DNA of 64,000 bases. It comes from Schmidtea polychroa. Lineage: Eukaryota. Below, piece by piece: positions 60,300 to 64,000 of this stretch. The first letter of the stretch is position 1. Each line of letters opens with the position of its first letter. The notes under the pieces were generated by a model that did no database searches, had not been told where the DNA came from, and worked only from the letters and a program-made list of their open reading frames with translations. Position numbers and translations under genes: made by a program. The stretch is from NCBI GenBank assembly GCA_044892525.1, contig CM097885.1, positions 620,001 through 684,000 on the forward strand, in the 5' to 3' direction.

Positions 60300-63200
60300 A
60301 GCAATAATTTAGCAATGAATCAATTGGATTGACTCATGGTTTCGCGGGCTCACATCTCTCAACTATCCATCTGGTAGTAAAGTTGAAAAGCTGTTATTAA
60401 CACACGAAGCGATGCGGATGATCTCATTGCTGTTATACTCAATAAGGAAATTTTGTGCTTAGAGAGACCAATGTATATTGGACAAACCGTACTTGATTTA
60501 TCTAAACTTCGCATGTACCAGTTTCAATATAAAGAGCTACAGAGTTATAGAGAAAATTCAATTGTCAAATTAATATCGTAGCCGGTGACACAGATTCCTT
60601 CTTTCTAGAGTGTAAAAATGTTGATTTACGCTTACAACTATATCAAAAATTGATTGAAGATGGACTCTTAGATACTTCAAATTATCCAGTGGCTGATTCA
60701 TTTTTCTCAGATAAAATTTGTTCTGTAATCGGGAAAGTTAAGGATGAGAATAAAGGAAATGGATGTTTCTTCGTCCCAAGTGGTACTCACTCCAAGGCGA
60801 TAAAACACTCTAAAAGCCAAAGGAATAAGACTTACAAATTCTATTATCACCCATGAAGCTTATAAAATAAGTGTATACTGATGGTGGAACAGTGAGCATC
60901 CCATAAAAAAGAATATGAAGTGTCAATCATCAGTTGTATACTTTCATGACAGAAAAACGAGCTCTCCAATGTTTGGACGATAAAAGGTATTGGTACAATT
61001 GTAATGAAAGCTATGCCTACGGTCACTATAAGATTCGTCAAATGCATATTGCAACTGCTATATCTAGAAATGAATGCAAATCGAAACAAGGACTTTAACA
61101 ATTAAATTTATGTGTATAATAAAATATATATTGTGAAATATTTGACTTCGTTAATTAAAATATGTTTTATCATTTAATAATTCATTTGTCCAATTAATTT
61201 AGATAATTAGTTTTAAGTAAGAATAATTTTTTATCATGAAAAACTTTGCTTTGTTTTGAAAAATTAATGCCCATTTTATTTTAAATTAACACAGCTTTAT
61301 TTTATGATAATTACTAATTAAAATTTTATTCAAATTGAAATATTATTGTTAGAATTTACACTCTTGTTAGAATATATTAAATGTAAATGTAAAATAATAA
61401 CAATAAAAAAAAATAATAATAATAAATAAAAAAAATGAAATAAAAAAATTTAAATTAAAAAAAATAATAATAATTAGTTAAATAATTAATTAAAAATTAA
61501 TTAAAAAAATCAGTTAAATAACGTAAGTAATTAAAATAAAATATTAATAATTAATTAATTAATTAAATGTAATAAATTGAAAATTAACTAAAGTAATTAA
61601 TTAAAACAAAAAACAATAAAATAATTACTTAATAAATTTAAAAAAAAATTAAATAAAATGATTCGATTGACCTTTATTTGATCTGGACATTGGGATGACT
61701 TGAAAGTGTCCTGGAGTCCTCACTATATACTACAACAGTTTATACGGTAAAACTGTGGAAAGCTTGAAGAAACGTATAATTTGAAATTATGCAACAAAAG
61801 CAAAAGATTGATAACTTATTGTAGTCATCCTATGTTTCGTCGTAGCATCAAGATTGCGGATGATCTCATTGCTGTTATACTCAATAAGGAAATTGTGTGT
61901 TTAGATAGACCAATGTATATTGGACAAATCGTACTTGATTTATCCAAACTTCGCATGTACCAATTTCAATATAAAGAGCTACAGAGTTATAGAGAAGAAT
62001 TCAATTGTCAAATTAATATCGTAGCCGGTGACACAGATTCCTTCTTTTTAGAGTGTAAAAATGTAGATTTACGCCTACAACTGTATCCAAAAATGATTGA
62101 AGATGGGCTCTTAGATACTTCAAATTATCCAGTGACCGATCCGTTGTTCTCTGATGAAATTTGTTCTGTAATCGGGAAATTCAAGGATGAGAATAAAGGA
62201 AATCAATATAAAGAATGGGTGTTTCTTCTATTCACTACAAGGCGATAAAAACACTCTAAAAGCCAAAGGAATAAGACTTACAAAGTCTAATCTTACACAT
62301 AAAGCCTATAAAAAAGTGTATACTGATGGTGGAACAGTGAGCATCCCACAAAAAAGAATAGGAAGTGTCAATCATCAGTTGTATACTTTCATGACAGAAA
62401 AACGAGCTCTCCAATGTTTGGACGATAAAAGGTATTGGTACAATTGTAATGAAAGCTATGTCTACGGTCACTATAAGATTCGTCAAATGCATATTGCAAC
62501 TGCTATGTCTAGAAATGAATGCAAATCGAAACAAGGACTTTAACAATTAAATTTATGTGAATAATAAAATATATATTGTGAATTATTTGACTTCGTTAAT
62601 TAAAATATGTTTTATCATTTAATAATTCATTTGTCCAATTAATTTAGATAATTAGTTTTAAGTAAGAATTATTATTTATCATGAAAAACTTTGCTTTGTT
62701 TTGAAAAATTAATGCCCATTTTATTTTAAATTTACACAGCTTTATTTTATGATAATTACTAATTAAAATTTTATTCAAATTGAAATATTATTGTTACAAT
62801 TTACACTCTTGTTAGAATATATTAAATGTAAATGTAAAATAATAACAATAAAAAAAAATAATAATAATAAATAAAAAAAATGAAATAAAAAAATTTAAAT
62901 TAAAAAAAATAATAATAATTAGTTAAATAATTAATTAAAAATTAATTAAAAAAATCAGTTAAATAACGTAAGTAATTAAAATAAAATATTAATAATTAAT
63001 TAATTAATTAAATGTAATAAATTGAAAATTAACTAAAGTAATTAATTAAAACAAAAAACATAATAAAATAATTACTTAATAAATTTAAAAAAAAAATTAA
63101 ATAAAATGATTCGATTGACCTATATTTGATCTGGACATTGGGATGACTTGAAAGTGTCCTGGAGTCCTCACTATATACTACAACAGTTTATACGGTAAAA

Positions 63201-64000
63201 CTGTGGAAAACTTGAAGAAACGTATAAATTTGAAATTATGCAACAAAAGCAAAAGATTGATAACTTATTGTAGTCATCCTATGTTTCGTCGTAGCATCAA
63301 GATTGCGGATGATCTCATTGCTGTTATACTCAATAAGGAAATTGTGTGTTTAGATAGACCAATGTATTTTGGACAAATCGTACTTGATTTATCCAAACTT
63401 CGCATGTACCAATTTCAATATAAAGAACTACAGAGTTATAGAGAAGAATTCAATTGTCAAATTAATATCGTAGCCGGTGACACAGATTCCTTTTTTTTAG
63501 AGTGTAAAAATGTAGATTTACGCTTACAACTGTATCCAAAAATGATTGAAGATGGGCTCTTAGATACTTCAAATTATCCAGTGACCGATCCGTTGTTCTC
63601 TGATGAAATTTGTTCTGTAATCGGGAAAGTTAAGGATGAGAATAAAGGAAATCAATATAAAGAATGGGTGTTTCTTCTATTCACTACAAGGCGATAAAAA
63701 CACTCTAAAAGCCAAAGGAATAAGACTTACAAAGTCTAATCTTACACATAAAGCCTATAAAAAAGTGTATACTGATGGTGGAACAGTGAGCATCCCACAA
63801 AAAAGAATAGGAAGTGTCAATCATCAGTTGTATACTTTCATGACAGAAAAACGAGCTCTCCAATGTTTGGACGATAAAAGGTATTGGTACAATTGTAATG
63901 AAAGCTATGCCTACGGTCACTATAAGATTCGTCAAATGCATATTGCAACTGCTATGTCTAGAAATGAATGCAAATCGAAACAAGGACTTTAACAATTAAA
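60300..64000 (+). repeat. Tandem 1448-bp units of family-C Polinton right end (pPolB C-terminal third, AT spacer, terminus)
   Basis: NSLYGKTVE, YIGQIVLDLSK, AGDTDS, KAKGI, DDKR; terminus/PolB junctions at 61733 and 63181. Confidence 0.9.

Overview
AT-rich eukaryotic (animal-like, ~45-nt GT-AG introns) window made almost entirely of nested mobile DNA; no host genes recognised. The centrepiece is a ~19.2-kb endogenous Polinton/Maverick (adintovirus-like) element at 6153-25401 with AGTAG-type termini and a candidate 6-bp TSD (ATAATA). It encodes a packaging ATPase, retroviral-type integrase, penton, intact double-jelly-roll major capsid protein, adenain-like protease and a truncated protein-primed PolB. 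Its ~4.6-kb inverted arms carry an unusual accessory block: a TBP-like protein, a spliced Bcl-2 homologue not visible in the ORF track, a probable ssDNA-binding protein, an acidic protein and a signal-peptide/GPI-like protein, beside an array of AP-1 and nuclear-receptor motifs. The PolB gene has five hidden upstream exons encoding an acidic region rich in SUMO-interacting-like motifs. The rest of the window holds fragments, deletion derivatives and tandem copies of two other Polinton families, a Buster-type hAT element, and RLE-type non-LTR retrotransposons (NeSL-like and R2-like). All protein assignments come from motif recognition by eye, not database searches.
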